The notes: generated by a model from the letters alone, not told the origin. Shown: positions 45,575-56,689, counted from the first letter of the stretch. The stretch is 64,000 bases of DNA from Desulfovibrionaceae bacterium (GCA_031551765.1 JAVBNC010000011.1:12595-76594), one strand, 5' to 3'. A program made the numbers and translations.

Positions 45575-46486
45575 ATGTCCCTTTCTTTTTCCCATACCAT
45601 TCAGTTGTCCGCCCTGCGCCTTCTGGGCAAGGGGTTTACGGCTCTTGGCTTTGCCGGGATACACCGTATCGCGGGCGTTCTCGGCGCGGTCCTGTGGTAC
45701 TGCCTGCCCGGCAGGCGGCGCGAGGCCGTGCAACGCATACAGGAACACCTGGGCCTTTCCCGCCACGAAGCCGTGTGCGCCGCCCGCGCCAGCTTTACCA
45801 ACAACGCCATGTCTTTTCTTGAGATTTTCCTGGTACCCAAGCTCCTTGGGGTCACGGACCCCCGCCTGCGCGACAACGAGGACAAAGAGCGCTTCCTGCG
45901 CCTGATCGCCGGGGCGGAGCGTCCCGTAATAGCGGCGCTGGCCCATTTCGGCTCCTGGGAGCTTCTGGCTTCCTTGAAGTGGGAAAACAAGGACAGGCCG
46001 CTGCTCACCGTCGTGCGCCAGCATAAAAATCCCGCCATGAACACCCTGATTCACGAACTGCGCGGGGCGCGGGGCATGACCAGCCTGGACCACCGGAACG
46101 TTTCGGTTTCCGTGCTGGACCTTCTGCGGCAGGGTGGGGTCGCCGCTTTTCTGGTGGACCACAACTGCCGCCGCCGCGACGCCGTTTTTCTGCCTTTTCT
46201 CGGCAAAATCGCCGCCGTCAACAAGGGGCCCGCGCTGTTGGCCGTGCGCGCCAAGGCCATTGTCTACCCTCTCTATCTGGAACGCCACGAAGACCAGACC
46301 TACAGCATGATTATGGGCCAGGGGCTGGACACGGCGGAGCTGGACGGCTCCCTGTCCGACCGCGTGAGCGCGGTGGCGGAGTTCTACACCAAGGCCGTGG
46401 AAGAGCAGGTGCGCAGAAAGCCCGAGCAGTGGTTCTGGATGCACCGCCGCTGGAAGACGCGCCCGGAAGATGAAGAGGCGCGGTGA
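45575..46486 (+). CDS. lipid A biosynthesis acyltransferase family protein (LpxL/HtrB-like)
   Basis: ATG 45575. N-terminal TM segment. AHFGSWEL (HX4-type acyltransferase block). Confidence 0.75.
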   Translation: MSLSFSHTIQLSALRLLGKGFTALGFAGIHRIAGVLGAVLWYCLPGRRREAVQRIQEHLGLSRHEAVCAARASFTNNAMSFLEIFLVPKLLGVTDPRLRDNEDKERFLRLIAGAERPVIAALAHFGSWELLASLKWENKDRPLLTVVRQHKNPAMNTLIHELRGARGMTSLDHRNVSVSVLDLLRQGGVAAFLVDHNCRRRDAVFLPFLGKIAAVNKGPALLAVRAKAIVYPLYLERHEDQTYSMIMGQGLDTAELDGSLSDRVSAVAEFYTKAVEEQVRRKPEQWFWMHRRWKTRPEDEEAR

Positions 46487-46519
46487 GTTGACGGGCGTCT
46501 GGAAGCAAACCGACGGGTA

Positions 46520-46999
46520 TCAGTCTGGCATGCGGCAGGTATTGGACCGGCATTTGACCGGTAGCGGACAGGTGTCAGTCTGACTTGGGGGCGGAAGGTT
46601 CCGGTATGCCCCCGGTTTCCAGGGGGGAGAGATCGTAGCGCCGGATGTGCTGCATGGGGAAAAGCTCAACGCGCCTTCCGGGGTGGTCACTTTCAGGGTG
46701 CCGTGGTCCGTGGGGGCCGCGTCCACGCAAGGCATGTTCAAACTGCCCCCGCCCGTGAACTGGATGTGCAGAAAACGCAGCTTGCCGCGCAGGGTCTGAT
46801 GCGCTGTCACTTCCGTGGCCGTGCGGATGGAGCGCAGCATCATCAGGTGCCAGTCCGCCCGCAGTTTCTTGCGGTTTTCCGGGGTGTCGTGCTCCGGGCA
46901 CAAGGCCAGCTTCTGGCTGTCCGGGGCGGGAACAAAGCCTTTGATCCGGCCTCCGGGACCGGCGTCTTTACCGCAGATGTGGCAAGGGATCATGCGCAC
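46520..46999 (-). CDS. hypothetical protein with an N-terminal Cys pair; 3' part possibly frameshifted
   Basis: ORF MRMIPCHICGK.... After codon ~107 an alternative frame ending at 46575 looks more protein-like (see findings). Confidence 0.45.
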   Translation of the reverse strand: MRMIPCHICGKDAGPGGRIKGFVPAPDSQKLALCPEHDTPENRKKLRADWHLMMLRSIRTATEVTAHQTLRGKLRFLHIQFTGGGSLNMPCVDAAPTDHGTLKVTTPEGALSFSPCSTSGATISPPWKPGAYRNLPPPSQTDTCPLPVKCRSNTCRMPD

Positions 47000-47050
47000 C
47001 GTCCGGACTTGAGGGAATCATATTTTTTGATTTTATAGACAGAGAGAGGC

Positions 47051-47084
47051 CCGGCGGAAGGGGAGACCGGCTCCCCTTCCCCGG
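47051..47084 (-). terminator. hairpin downstream of the nitroreductase-like gene
   Basis: Minus strand GGGGAAGGGGAG-CCGGT-CTCCCCTTCC, 10 nt after the stop. No clear U-tract. Confidence 0.5.
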
Positions 47085-47093
47085 ATTATTATT

Positions 47094-47726
47094 CTAGTAA
47101 TGCCCGATAGGCATGATGCACACGGGCTTGTCGTCGGCCTTGAGCTTGAGGTGCATGCGCACTTTGTCGACGCTCAGGGTGGCGGCGTAGCGCGCGCCGA
47201 TATTCATGGCCTGGGCGGCAAGGTAGACGTTCTGAGTCATGGCGCCCACAAGGATGTACCCGAAAGAGGCGCGGCGCGCGGGATCGCTGAACGCGCTGAG
47301 CTTGGCGCCGTTCTCCACGAACACCAGCACGTAGGGCGCGGTACCGGCCCAGCCCTGGCCGCCGAGATCGGCCTTGACCTTGGCGTTGCTGATTTCCTTC
47401 AGCTTGTTGGCCTTCCAGTCATAGAGGAACACGCCTTCGTCGCCCACGACGTACACGTCGCAGTAGGGCTCGCGGCCTTGTGCCATGGGCACGGTCCACT
47501 TGTTGTCGCGGTTCAGGCCGCTGGCGGCCCAGAGTATGGTAGAAAGTTCTTCCTTGCTGACGGCCTTGGTGGGAAAGCCGTTGCCCGGCGCGGAAGAACG
47601 CTTTTTCACGGCCGTGAGCACGTCCGGGCCGCCCTGCGTTTTGGGCGCGGGCAGGGAGATGTCCGCGGCAAGGGCGCTGGAAGCGGCGAACACAAAGAGG
47701 CAGGCGAGCAGAAGAATCTTTTTCAT
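47094..47726 (-). CDS. nitroreductase-fold (SagB/ThcOx-like) protein with Sec-type signal peptide
   Basis: ATG 47726 after GGAG, overlapping the purQ stop (ATGA). MKKILLLACLFVFAASSALA signal; 210 aa. Confidence 0.7.
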   Translation of the reverse strand: MKKILLLACLFVFAASSALAADISLPAPKTQGGPDVLTAVKKRSSAPGNGFPTKAVSKEELSTILWAASGLNRDNKWTVPMAQGREPYCDVYVVGDEGVFLYDWKANKLKEISNAKVKADLGGQGWAGTAPYVLVFVENGAKLSAFSDPARRASFGYILVGAMTQNVYLAAQAMNIGARYAATLSVDKVRMHLKLKADDKPVCIMPIGHY

Positions 47727-48544
47727 GCGGAAGCTCCTTCTCGTAAATAGCGGACGGCGTTGGCGAAAAGCGCCGTGCCGGGTGTATCCTGCTCCCCCCG
47801 TGTCCAGCCGGGATGGTTGGTGGGGTGGGTGTAGGCTTCCGGGTGGGGCATAAGCCCCAGAATGCGGCCGCTGGGGTCGGTCAGGCCCGCGATGCCGTTG
47901 GGGGAATCGTTGGGGTTTTCCGGATACTGCTGGGTGGACGCGTAGGCGGGCGGCAGGGCGTAGCGCAGGGCCACCAGGTTTTCGCGCTCCAGGCGCTCTA
48001 GAGTGGCCGCGTCTTTGGGCACCAGGCGGCCTTCGCCGTGGCGCACGGGGAAATAGAGCTTGTCCAGGCCCCTGGTAAAGACGCAGGGGCTGCCGCCGTT
48101 CACGGCCAGGTGGCACCAGCGGTCTTCAAAACGGGCGGAGGCGTTGTGCATCAGCGAAACCTGGCGTTCCAGGTACAGGCCGTCCAGGGCGGGCAAAAGG
48201 CCCAGCTTGACCAGCAGCTGAAAGCCGTTGCAAATGCCCAGCACCAGGCCGCCGCGCTCCACCAGGGCCATGAGCTGGTCCACCAGCATGGCGCCTTTGT
48301 CGTCCTTGGCGTGTTTCCAGCGTATGCTGGCCGCCTGGGCCGCGCCCAGGTCGTCCCCGTCCAGAAAGCCGCCGGGGAAGATCAGAAAAGAGTGGTCCGC
48401 AAGCCGGATACGGCCCGAGGTGAGATCGGAAAAGTGCGCGATATCCACGGTATCCGAACCGGCCAGCGTGGCCGCGTGGGCGCATTCAACCTCGCAATTG
48501 GTACCGTAGCCGGTAATGACCAAAGTATTGACCCTGGCGGGCAT
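47723..48544 (-). CDS. purQ: phosphoribosylformylglycinamidine synthase, glutamine amidotransferase subunit (PurQ-like)
   Basis: Class I GATase with nucleophile GICNGFQ and an HPE triad segment; 273 aa. Confidence 0.8.
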   Translation of the reverse strand: MPARVNTLVITGYGTNCEVECAHAATLAGSDTVDIAHFSDLTSGRIRLADHSFLIFPGGFLDGDDLGAAQAASIRWKHAKDDKGAMLVDQLMALVERGGLVLGICNGFQLLVKLGLLPALDGLYLERQVSLMHNASARFEDRWCHLAVNGGSPCVFTRGLDKLYFPVRHGEGRLVPKDAATLERLERENLVALRYALPPAYASTQQYPENPNDSPNGIAGLTDPSGRILGLMPHPEAYTHPTNHPGWTRGEQDTPGTALFANAVRYLREGASA

Positions 48545-48737
48545 GTGTTCCTCCGGATAGGGCGGCGATCGTTTACGTTGACGCGGTTCACTATTTTATT
48601 GAGTAAGGTGCCTCAAACGTACTATGCTCTAGAGAGCTGCCGCATTCGTGAGTAAGGCCGTCCACTCTACGCCTGTTCCCCTTATTGCGTCAACTGGCTG
48701 ACGGAAAATGAAAAATGCGCTACTTTTCAAAAGATAA

Positions 48738-50444
<1,707 letters not shown>

Positions 50445-50479
50445 TTCCGGCTGATTTTCTCAGCCGCAAGGCGGACGCC

Positions 50480-51325
50480 ATGACTCGGATGCCCATTCTC
50501 AGCCAGCCCCTGGATGCGGACGATTTGTACTTCGTCTTACAGGAACGGCGCTTTGTGTTTGCCGGCCCCTGCGTGCTGGAAGACTACACCCTGGCTCTGG
50601 AAACGGCCTACGCCGTGCGCGAGGCCGCAGAGGCCGCCGGGCTGTTCGCCGTGTTCAAAAGTTCGTATGACAAGGCCAACCGCACGTCGGTTTCCGGCTT
50701 CCGGGGGCCGGGCATTGCGGAAGGGCTGCGCTGGCTCGCGCGTATCCGCGAGGAAACCGGGCTGCCCTGCGTCACGGATATCCACGAGCCGGAAGAGGCG
50801 GCGGAAGCGGCCCAGGCCGTGGACATTCTGCAGATACCGGCCTTTCTCTGCCGCCAGACCCGCCTTTTGCAGGCGGCGGCGCAAACGGGCAAGGTGGTAA
50901 ACATCAAGAAAGGGCAGTTCCTGGCTCCCTGGGAAATGGCTTCGGTGCTGGAAAAGGTGCGCAGCAAAGGCAACGGCCGGGTGCTGGCCACGGAACGGGG
51001 CACGACCTTCGGCTACAACAACCTGGTGGTGGACATGCGTTCCATCCCCATCAGGAAAGCCTTTGGCGCGCCTGTTGTCATGGATGCCACCCACGCGGTA
51101 CAACTGCCCGGCGGCCAGGGCTCCAGTTCCGGCGGCGACAGGAGCCAGGTGCCCACCCTGGCCAGGGCCGCCGTGGCCGCGGGCGTGGATGGGGTGTTCC
51201 TGGAAACCCACCCGGACCCGGACAAGGCCCTGTGCGACGGGCCCAACAGCTGGCCCCTGGACAAGCTGCCCGCTCTGTTGCAAGAATTGGCGGCCCTTTG
51301 GAGAGTGCCCCGTGCCGACTACTGA
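50480..51325 (+). CDS. kdsA: 3-deoxy-8-phosphooctulonate synthase
   Basis: ATG 50480. FKSSYDKANRTS and LQIPAFLCRQT blocks. Confidence 0.92.
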   Translation: MTRMPILSQPLDADDLYFVLQERRFVFAGPCVLEDYTLALETAYAVREAAEAAGLFAVFKSSYDKANRTSVSGFRGPGIAEGLRWLARIREETGLPCVTDIHEPEEAAEAAQAVDILQIPAFLCRQTRLLQAAAQTGKVVNIKKGQFLAPWEMASVLEKVRSKGNGRVLATERGTTFGYNNLVVDMRSIPIRKAFGAPVVMDATHAVQLPGGQGSSSGGDRSQVPTLARAAVAAGVDGVFLETHPDPDKALCDGPNSWPLDKLPALLQELAALWRVPRADY

Positions 51326-51881
51326 CGCTTCTTTCGCCCACATAGACCCCGCCATTATCGAGGCGGCGCGCCACGTCAAAATGCTGGTGCTGGACGTGGA
51401 CGGCGTGCTCACGGACGGCGGCCTCTACTACGACGCCGAGGGCCGGGTCATGAAGCGTTTTGACGTGCAGGACGGCCTGGGCATGAGCATGCTGCGCAGG
51501 AACGGCATCCGGGTGGCGGTGATCACCGGCCAGGATTCCCCGGCCGTGGCCGAGCGCATGCGGGTGCTGCGCGTAGAGGACTATTTCGCGGGCTTTATCA
51601 ACAAAATACACAGCCTGGCCGAGGTGATGGAACGCCGTGGCCTGGCCAGGGAACAGGTGGCCTACCTGGGAGACGACTGGGTGGACATACCGGCCCTGCA
51701 CCGCGTGGGCCTGCCCTTGGCCGTGGCCAACGCGCAGCCGGAAGTGAAGGCCTGCGCGCGTTATGTGACCACTGCCCATGGCGGCCGGGGCGCGGTGCGG
51801 GAAGTGGCGCGGCTGCTGCTGCACGCGCACGGCCTGCTGGAATCTTTGGCCGCGCAGTGGGTGGACGGTCCTTCCATATGA
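51312..51881 (+). CDS. kdsC: 3-deoxy-D-manno-octulosonate 8-phosphate phosphatase (HAD family)
   Basis: LDVDGVLTDG and GDDWVD motifs. Start is GTG 51312 (overlapping the kdsA end) or ATG 51381. Confidence 0.8.
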   Translation: MPTTDASFAHIDPAIIEAARHVKMLVLDVDGVLTDGGLYYDAEGRVMKRFDVQDGLGMSMLRRNGIRVAVITGQDSPAVAERMRVLRVEDYFAGFINKIHSLAEVMERRGLAREQVAYLGDDWVDIPALHRVGLPLAVANAQPEVKACARYVTTAHGGRGAVREVARLLLHAHGLLESLAAQWVDGPSI

Positions 51882-52591
51882 GACGCATCGCGGTATTGCT
51901 TGTTCTTGCCGGCGTGGCCGGCGCGTTGGTCTGGTGGCTGTTTTTCAAGTCCGACACCCTGGAAGCCGCCAAGGAAGAAGTGAAGCAGAAAGTCCAGGAT
52001 CTCGCGGCGGGCACGGCCAAACCGGACGACATAGCCGCCCTGGCCGTCAAGGCCATTGACCTGACCCAGGGCGAGCACGGCCTGGAACTGTGGCGCCTGA
52101 AAGCGGAGTGGGGCAGCATGCGCCGGGAAGGCGGCATACTGGAGCTTGAAAAACCCCGCTTTACCTATTATATGCCCCCGCGTAACGAAGAGGTGCGCGT
52201 CAGCTCCGACCTGGGCGACGTGAACCAGGACACCAAAATTATCCGTTTCCGGCGCAATGTGCTGGTGCACTATGGCAACAACACCATCAAGGGCGGCCTG
52301 ATGGTGTACAACGGCACGGTCAAGGAACTGCGCTTTCCGAACGGCGCGGAGTTCGACGGGCCGACGCTTTCGGGCGACGCGCCCCTGGTGTACTGGCGGC
52401 TTGACGAACATCAGATCAACGCGGCCGGGGGGGTGGACATGACCTGGTCCGGCAAGACCCACCTGCCCGAGCGGGACGCGGCCGCCAAGCAAGGCCAGGC
52501 GGCGCCGGCCGCGCCGGTGAAAAAAGCGCCGCCTAAAGCGGTCCCCAAAACGCCGTCCAAGGCGGCGCCAAAGACGCCGGCCAAGCGCTGA
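51878..52591 (+). CDS. lptC: LPS export system protein LptC-like with Lys/Ala/Pro-rich tail
   Basis: ATG 51878 overlaps the kdsC stop (ATGA). N-terminal TM anchor. Position between kdsC and lptA. Confidence 0.65.
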   Translation: MRRIAVLLVLAGVAGALVWWLFFKSDTLEAAKEEVKQKVQDLAAGTAKPDDIAALAVKAIDLTQGEHGLELWRLKAEWGSMRREGGILELEKPRFTYYMPPRNEEVRVSSDLGDVNQDTKIIRFRRNVLVHYGNNTIKGGLMVYNGTVKELRFPNGAEFDGPTLSGDAPLVYWRLDEHQINAAGGVDMTWSGKTHLPERDAAAKQGQAAPAAPVKKAPPKAVPKTPSKAAPKTPAKR

Positions 52592-52611
52592 GTCTGAACC
52601 AAGGATTATTT

Positions 52612-53250
52612 ATGCGACATAAAATATGGATAATCGCGACCCTGATGCTCCTGGCGAGCGGTTCCGCCGCGTTTGCCGCGGCCCCCAAGGCGGACGGCCA
52701 GGTGCCCACCAATATCACGGCGGAGCGCATGCAGTATGATGCGGCGAACCAGCGCGTTATTTTTGAGGGCAACGTGCACGTCAAGCGTCCGGATTTCGAG
52801 CTTTGGTCCGCCAAGCTGACGGTGTTTCTGGAAAAGACCAAAGGCCCCAGAACCTCCGAGCATTCCGCCAACGCCACGGCTTCTTCCATGGGCGCCATGG
52901 GCATGGACGCGGGCAACCTGGAGCGCATTGTGGCGGAAAAAAATGTGCGCATGAAGCAGGAGACCAAAATGGGCACCTGTGGCAAGGCCACCTACACCGC
53001 TTCCGACGGCAAAGTGGTGATGGAAGACGAGCCGGTCATTGTGGACGGCAGCAACCGCATTGCCGGGAAGGTCATCCACTTTTACACCCGCGACAACCGC
53101 AGCGAAGTCATAGGCGGGGTGCAGGCGGCCTTTACCACCTCGGACAAGCAGGACGGCCAGAAGTCATTGATACCAGGGCAAAGCTCTTCAGGCAACGCGA
53201 CTGAAAAGCAGGAAAAAAGCTCCAAGCCCGCGCGCAAGGCCAAACGCTAA
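52612..53250 (+). CDS. lptA: LPS transport periplasmic protein LptA (OstA-like)
   Basis: Signal peptide, OstA-type beta-jellyroll repeats, position before lptB. Confidence 0.75.
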   Translation: MRHKIWIIATLMLLASGSAAFAAAPKADGQVPTNITAERMQYDAANQRVIFEGNVHVKRPDFELWSAKLTVFLEKTKGPRTSEHSANATASSMGAMGMDAGNLERIVAEKNVRMKQETKMGTCGKATYTASDGKVVMEDEPVIVDGSNRIAGKVIHFYTRDNRSEVIGGVQAAFTTSDKQDGQKSLIPGQSSSGNATEKQEKSSKPARKAKR

Positions 53251-53972
53251 TGAGTATCCTATACGGAGAAGGGCTGCGCAAGCGCTACGGCGACCGCGAA
53301 GTGGTGCGCGGGGTTTCGCTGCAAGTGAAGCAGGGCGAGATTGTGGGGCTGCTGGGCCCCAACGGCGCGGGCAAAACCACCACCTTCTACATGCTTATCG
53401 GCATTCAGAACCCCACAGCGGGCCGGGTGGCGCTGGACGACACCGTCATCGCGGACTGGCCCCTGCACGAACGGGCCCGGGTGGGGCTTTCCTATTTGCC
53501 GCAGGAAAGCTCCGTGTTCCGGCGCCTTTCGGTCATGGACAACCTGCGGGTCATTCTGGAGCACACCGATCTCAGCGCGGCCGAGCAGAAGAAAAAAGCG
53601 GAGTCCCTGTTGGACGAGTTCCGCATCGCGCACCTGTCCAAGTCCCTGGCCGCCCACCTTTCCGGGGGCGAGCGCAGAAGGCTGGAAATAGCCCGTTCCC
53701 TGATCCGCGAGCCCAAGTTCGTGCTGCTGGACGAACCCTTCGCGGGCATTGACCCCCTGGCCGTGGACGATATCCAGACGCTGATCAAGGCGTTGAAGGA
53801 CCGGGGCATAGGTGTGCTTATTTCCGACCACAACGTGCGCGAAACCCTGCGCATTTGCGACCGGGCCTACCTGATGCACGAAGGCGAGGCCATTATCGAA
53901 GGCACGCCGGAAGCCATAGTCGCCAACCCCAAGGCCCGCCGGGTCTACCTGGGCGAGGGCTTCTGCCTGTAG
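53250..53972 (+). CDS. lptB: LPS export ABC transporter ATP-binding protein
   Basis: Walker A GPNGAGKTT, signature LSGGERRR, Walker B LLDEP; 240 aa. Confidence 0.93.
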   Translation: MSILYGEGLRKRYGDREVVRGVSLQVKQGEIVGLLGPNGAGKTTTFYMLIGIQNPTAGRVALDDTVIADWPLHERARVGLSYLPQESSVFRRLSVMDNLRVILEHTDLSAAEQKKKAESLLDEFRIAHLSKSLAAHLSGGERRRLEIARSLIREPKFVLLDEPFAGIDPLAVDDIQTLIKALKDRGIGVLISDHNVRETLRICDRAYLMHEGEAIIEGTPEAIVANPKARRVYLGEGFCL

Positions 53973-53987
53973 CCGGGCTTGGCCGTC

Positions 53988-54031
53988 AAAAAAAATCGGG
54001 ACCGTCTCCATGGGGCGATCCCGATTTTTTT
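53988..54031. terminator. hairpin with A- and T-tracts between lptB and rpoN
   Basis: AAAAAAAATCGGGA-N17-TCCCGATTTTTTT. Confidence 0.6.
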
Positions 54032-54083
54032 GTGCGTGGGAAAAATCCTTTCTCATAAGGTGGTTGCTATGTTCTACAAGCTA

Positions 54084-54099
54084 TGGCATGATTCTGGCA
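54084..54099 (+). promoter_or_regulatory. sigma-54-type -24/-12 promoter-like element upstream of rpoN
   Basis: TGGCATGATTCTGGCA versus consensus TGGCACG-N4-TTGCA. GG and GC are at the correct spacing. The element ends 82 nt upstream of the rpoN ATG. Confidence 0.35.
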
Positions 54100-54181
54100 A
54101 AGTTAGCACAGAACCGGAACGCGGGAGTCCGCTTTGTCTCCTTCTTGCCCGGCCGGCGACACCTTAAAGTGACGAGTCCCC

Positions 54182-55609
54182 ATGGCCTTAGAACTCAGAC
54201 AACAACTCAAGCTTGCGCAGCAGCTGGTCATGACGCCCCAGCTGCAGCAGGCCATCAAGCTGCTGCAGCTCTCGCGGATAGAACTGCTGGAGACCGTGCA
54301 GCAAGAGCTTCTGGAGAATCCCTTTCTTGAGGAAGGCCATAGCGAGGACAGCCCCGCGCCCGCCGCGGAAGAACGCCGCGAAGGCGAGGACGATGCCGAC
54401 GGTTACGCCCAGGAAGCGGCCAAAAACGCCGACTGGGAAGACTACATGGGGGAATTCGCCAGCACGCCCCGCCAGTCCGCTTCCAGGGAGGTGGAACTGC
54501 CGGAGGAAATGACCTCCTTTGAAGCCCGCTACTCGGTCAAGCCCTCGCTGGAAGGGCACCTTACCTGGCAACTGCGCCTCTCCCGCCTCACGGAACGCCA
54601 AAAGGAAATCGGCGAGGCCATTATCGGCAACCTTGCCTCTTCCGGCTATTTGCACGCCGATCTTGAGGAAATTGCCGGTCTTGTCTCCTGCAGCCCGGCG
54701 GAAGTGGAAGAAGTGCTCCACGCCGTGCAGCGCTTCGACCCCGTGGGCGTGGCCGCAAGAACCCCGCAGGAATGCCTGCTGGTGCAACTGGAAATTCTAA
54801 ACTACGACCGCGATCCCATCTTAGTCTCCCTTGTACGCGAGCATCTGGAAGATATCGAGGCCAAGCGCTTCAAACCGCTTTTGCGCAAATTTCATCTTGA
54901 TCTTGAAGACCTTCGTGAATATCTTGATATCATTCAGGGTCTCAACCCCATGCCCGGCGCGAGCTTTGGCGGGGGAGAGCCGGCCTACGTTTCGCCGGAC
55001 GTGTTCGTGTACCACTTTGACGGCGAGTACGTGGTGGTGCTGAACGAGGATGGGCTGCCCCAACTGCAGCTTTCCTCTTTGTACGACGAAGGGCTTTCCG
55101 CCAGCACGGAAAAGGACAAAGAGTTTTTTCAGGAAAAAATGCGTGCCGCTTCCTGGCTGATCAAAAGCCTCTACCAGCGTCAGCGCACCCTGTACAAGGT
55201 GGTGGAAAGCATCGTCAAATACCAGCGCGCGTTTTTTGACGAAGGGGTGTCCAAGCTGCGGCCGCTCATTTTGAAGGATATTGCGGACGATATCAGCATG
55301 CACGAATCCACGGTCAGCCGCATCACGTCCAACAAGTACGTGGCCACCCCGCACGGCGTGTTTGAGTTGAAATTTTTCTTTAACAGCGCGCTTTCGCTGG
55401 ACGACGGCAGTTCCGTGGGCTCGGAAAGCGTGAAGTCGATCATCAAAAAGCTGATTAGTGAGGAAGACCCCAAAGAGCCGCTCAGCGACGAGCGCCTGGG
55501 GGAAATACTAAAGGATATGCTGAAAGTTAATATCGCACGGCGTACGGTGGCAAAATACCGCACAGCCATGGATATCCCGTCCTCGTCCAAGCGCAGGGTT
55601 GTCTTTTAG
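54182..55609 (+). CDS. rpoN: RNA polymerase sigma-54 factor
   Basis: N-terminal Gln/Leu-rich region I; RpoN box ARRTVAKYR near the C-terminus. Confidence 0.97.
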   Translation: MALELRQQLKLAQQLVMTPQLQQAIKLLQLSRIELLETVQQELLENPFLEEGHSEDSPAPAAEERREGEDDADGYAQEAAKNADWEDYMGEFASTPRQSASREVELPEEMTSFEARYSVKPSLEGHLTWQLRLSRLTERQKEIGEAIIGNLASSGYLHADLEEIAGLVSCSPAEVEEVLHAVQRFDPVGVAARTPQECLLVQLEILNYDRDPILVSLVREHLEDIEAKRFKPLLRKFHLDLEDLREYLDIIQGLNPMPGASFGGGEPAYVSPDVFVYHFDGEYVVVLNEDGLPQLQLSSLYDEGLSASTEKDKEFFQEKMRAASWLIKSLYQRQRTLYKVVESIVKYQRAFFDEGVSKLRPLILKDIADDISMHESTVSRITSNKYVATPHGVFELKFFFNSALSLDDGSSVGSESVKSIIKKLISEEDPKEPLSDERLGEILKDMLKVNIARRTVAKYRTAMDIPSSSKRRVVF

Positions 55610-55646
55610 CGCGGCGAGGGCCGCACCGGCTACCTGGAGGGACCGT

Positions 55647-56183
55647 ATGAACATCGCGTTTGCCTTCAAGAACTTCGAACCCTCGGATCACCTCAAAAGC
55701 TATGCCAAGCGCCGCTTTGAAAAATTGGGGCGCTTTTTGCCCAAGGCGGAAAACGTGGAGCTTTCCGTCAACCTGGCCGTGGACAAATTCCGCCATAAAG
55801 CGGAAGTGCAGCTGGCGGCCGACAACATGAACCTTTCTGCCGTCGAGCAGTCTGAAGATATGTACGCCACCGTGGACCTGGTGCTGGACAAGCTGGAAGT
55901 GCAGCTCAAGAAACAGGTGGAAAAGATGAAGGAAAAGCGCCGGGCTATGCGCAACGTCCCGGACGTGTTCAGCTACCACACCGTGGGAGAAGGGCGGGAA
56001 CGCACCATTGTGGGCATAGACAAGTTTGTGCCCAAGCCCATGCACATGGATGAGGCCGCCCTGCAACTGGAACATAAAGAGGACGACGAGTTTCTGGTGT
56101 TTCTCAATGCGGAAAACCAGCGCGTCAACGTGATCTACCGTCGGAAAAACGGGGATTTCGGCGTCATTGACCCGGGCCAGTAA
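55647..56183 (+). CDS. hpf: ribosome hibernation promoting factor, long form
   Basis: ATG 55647 after GGAGGG. S30AE-type N-terminal domain plus a C-terminal dimerisation domain. Confidence 0.9.
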   Translation: MNIAFAFKNFEPSDHLKSYAKRRFEKLGRFLPKAENVELSVNLAVDKFRHKAEVQLAADNMNLSAVEQSEDMYATVDLVLDKLEVQLKKQVEKMKEKRRAMRNVPDVFSYHTVGEGRERTIVGIDKFVPKPMHMDEAALQLEHKEDDEFLVFLNAENQRVNVIYRRKNGDFGVIDPGQ

Positions 56184-56205
56184 GCCCGACCAGAGTACCT
56201 GAGCC

Positions 56206-56655
56206 ATGCGGATAGCGGAGTTCCTGACAAAAGAGCGTATAATTGACGAGATGAGCGCCTCGGACAAGACCGGGGCGTTGGAGGAACTTGCCGAACCGCT
56301 TCTCGCCGCCTTCCCCCGGCTGGACCGGGGGAAGGTGCTGCGGGTGCTGAACGAGCGCGAAGCGCTGGGCTCCACAGCCATGGAGCACGGCATAGCCATG
56401 CCCCACGGCAAAATAGCGGACCTGCAGGCCCCGGCCCTGGTGTTGGGGCGCAGCCGCGCGGGCATAAATTTTGCGGGGGACCCGGCACGTCCCACGCACC
56501 TTTTTTTTCTGCTGCTCGCGCCTGAAGGGGCCGCCGGGCAGCATCTCGGCCTGCTGGGCGCTTTGGCCCGGCTGCTCAAGGACGCGGATTTCCGGGGGCG
56601 GATAACCCAGGCAACGGACCGGAACGATATCTGGCGCCTTTTCAGGGCGCTGTAA
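56206..56655 (+). CDS. ptsN: PTS IIA-like nitrogen regulatory protein (EIIA-Ntr)
   Basis: Phosphorylatable His context GIAMPHGK. Position after hpf. Confidence 0.88.
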   Translation: MRIAEFLTKERIIDEMSASDKTGALEELAEPLLAAFPRLDRGKVLRVLNEREALGSTAMEHGIAMPHGKIADLQAPALVLGRSRAGINFAGDPARPTHLFFLLLAPEGAAGQHLGLLGALARLLKDADFRGRITQATDRNDIWRLFRAL

Positions 56656-56689
56656 CAGGTTTTTCCCTTTGGCCCGGCAGGCGGACAAT

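Noticed and set aside
48625-48645. TGCTCTAGAG(A)GCTGC is shared between the pyrG upstream region and 18187-18203.
   Set aside because: Identical 10-mers are expected thousands of times among all pairs in a 64-kb window. There is no extended similarity around them.
53979-54330. Small ORFs 53979-54167(+) and 54010-54330(+) between lptB and rpoN.
   Set aside because: They overlap the terminator hairpin and the rpoN 5' region, have poor codon bias and no RBS. rpoN itself starts convincingly at 54182.
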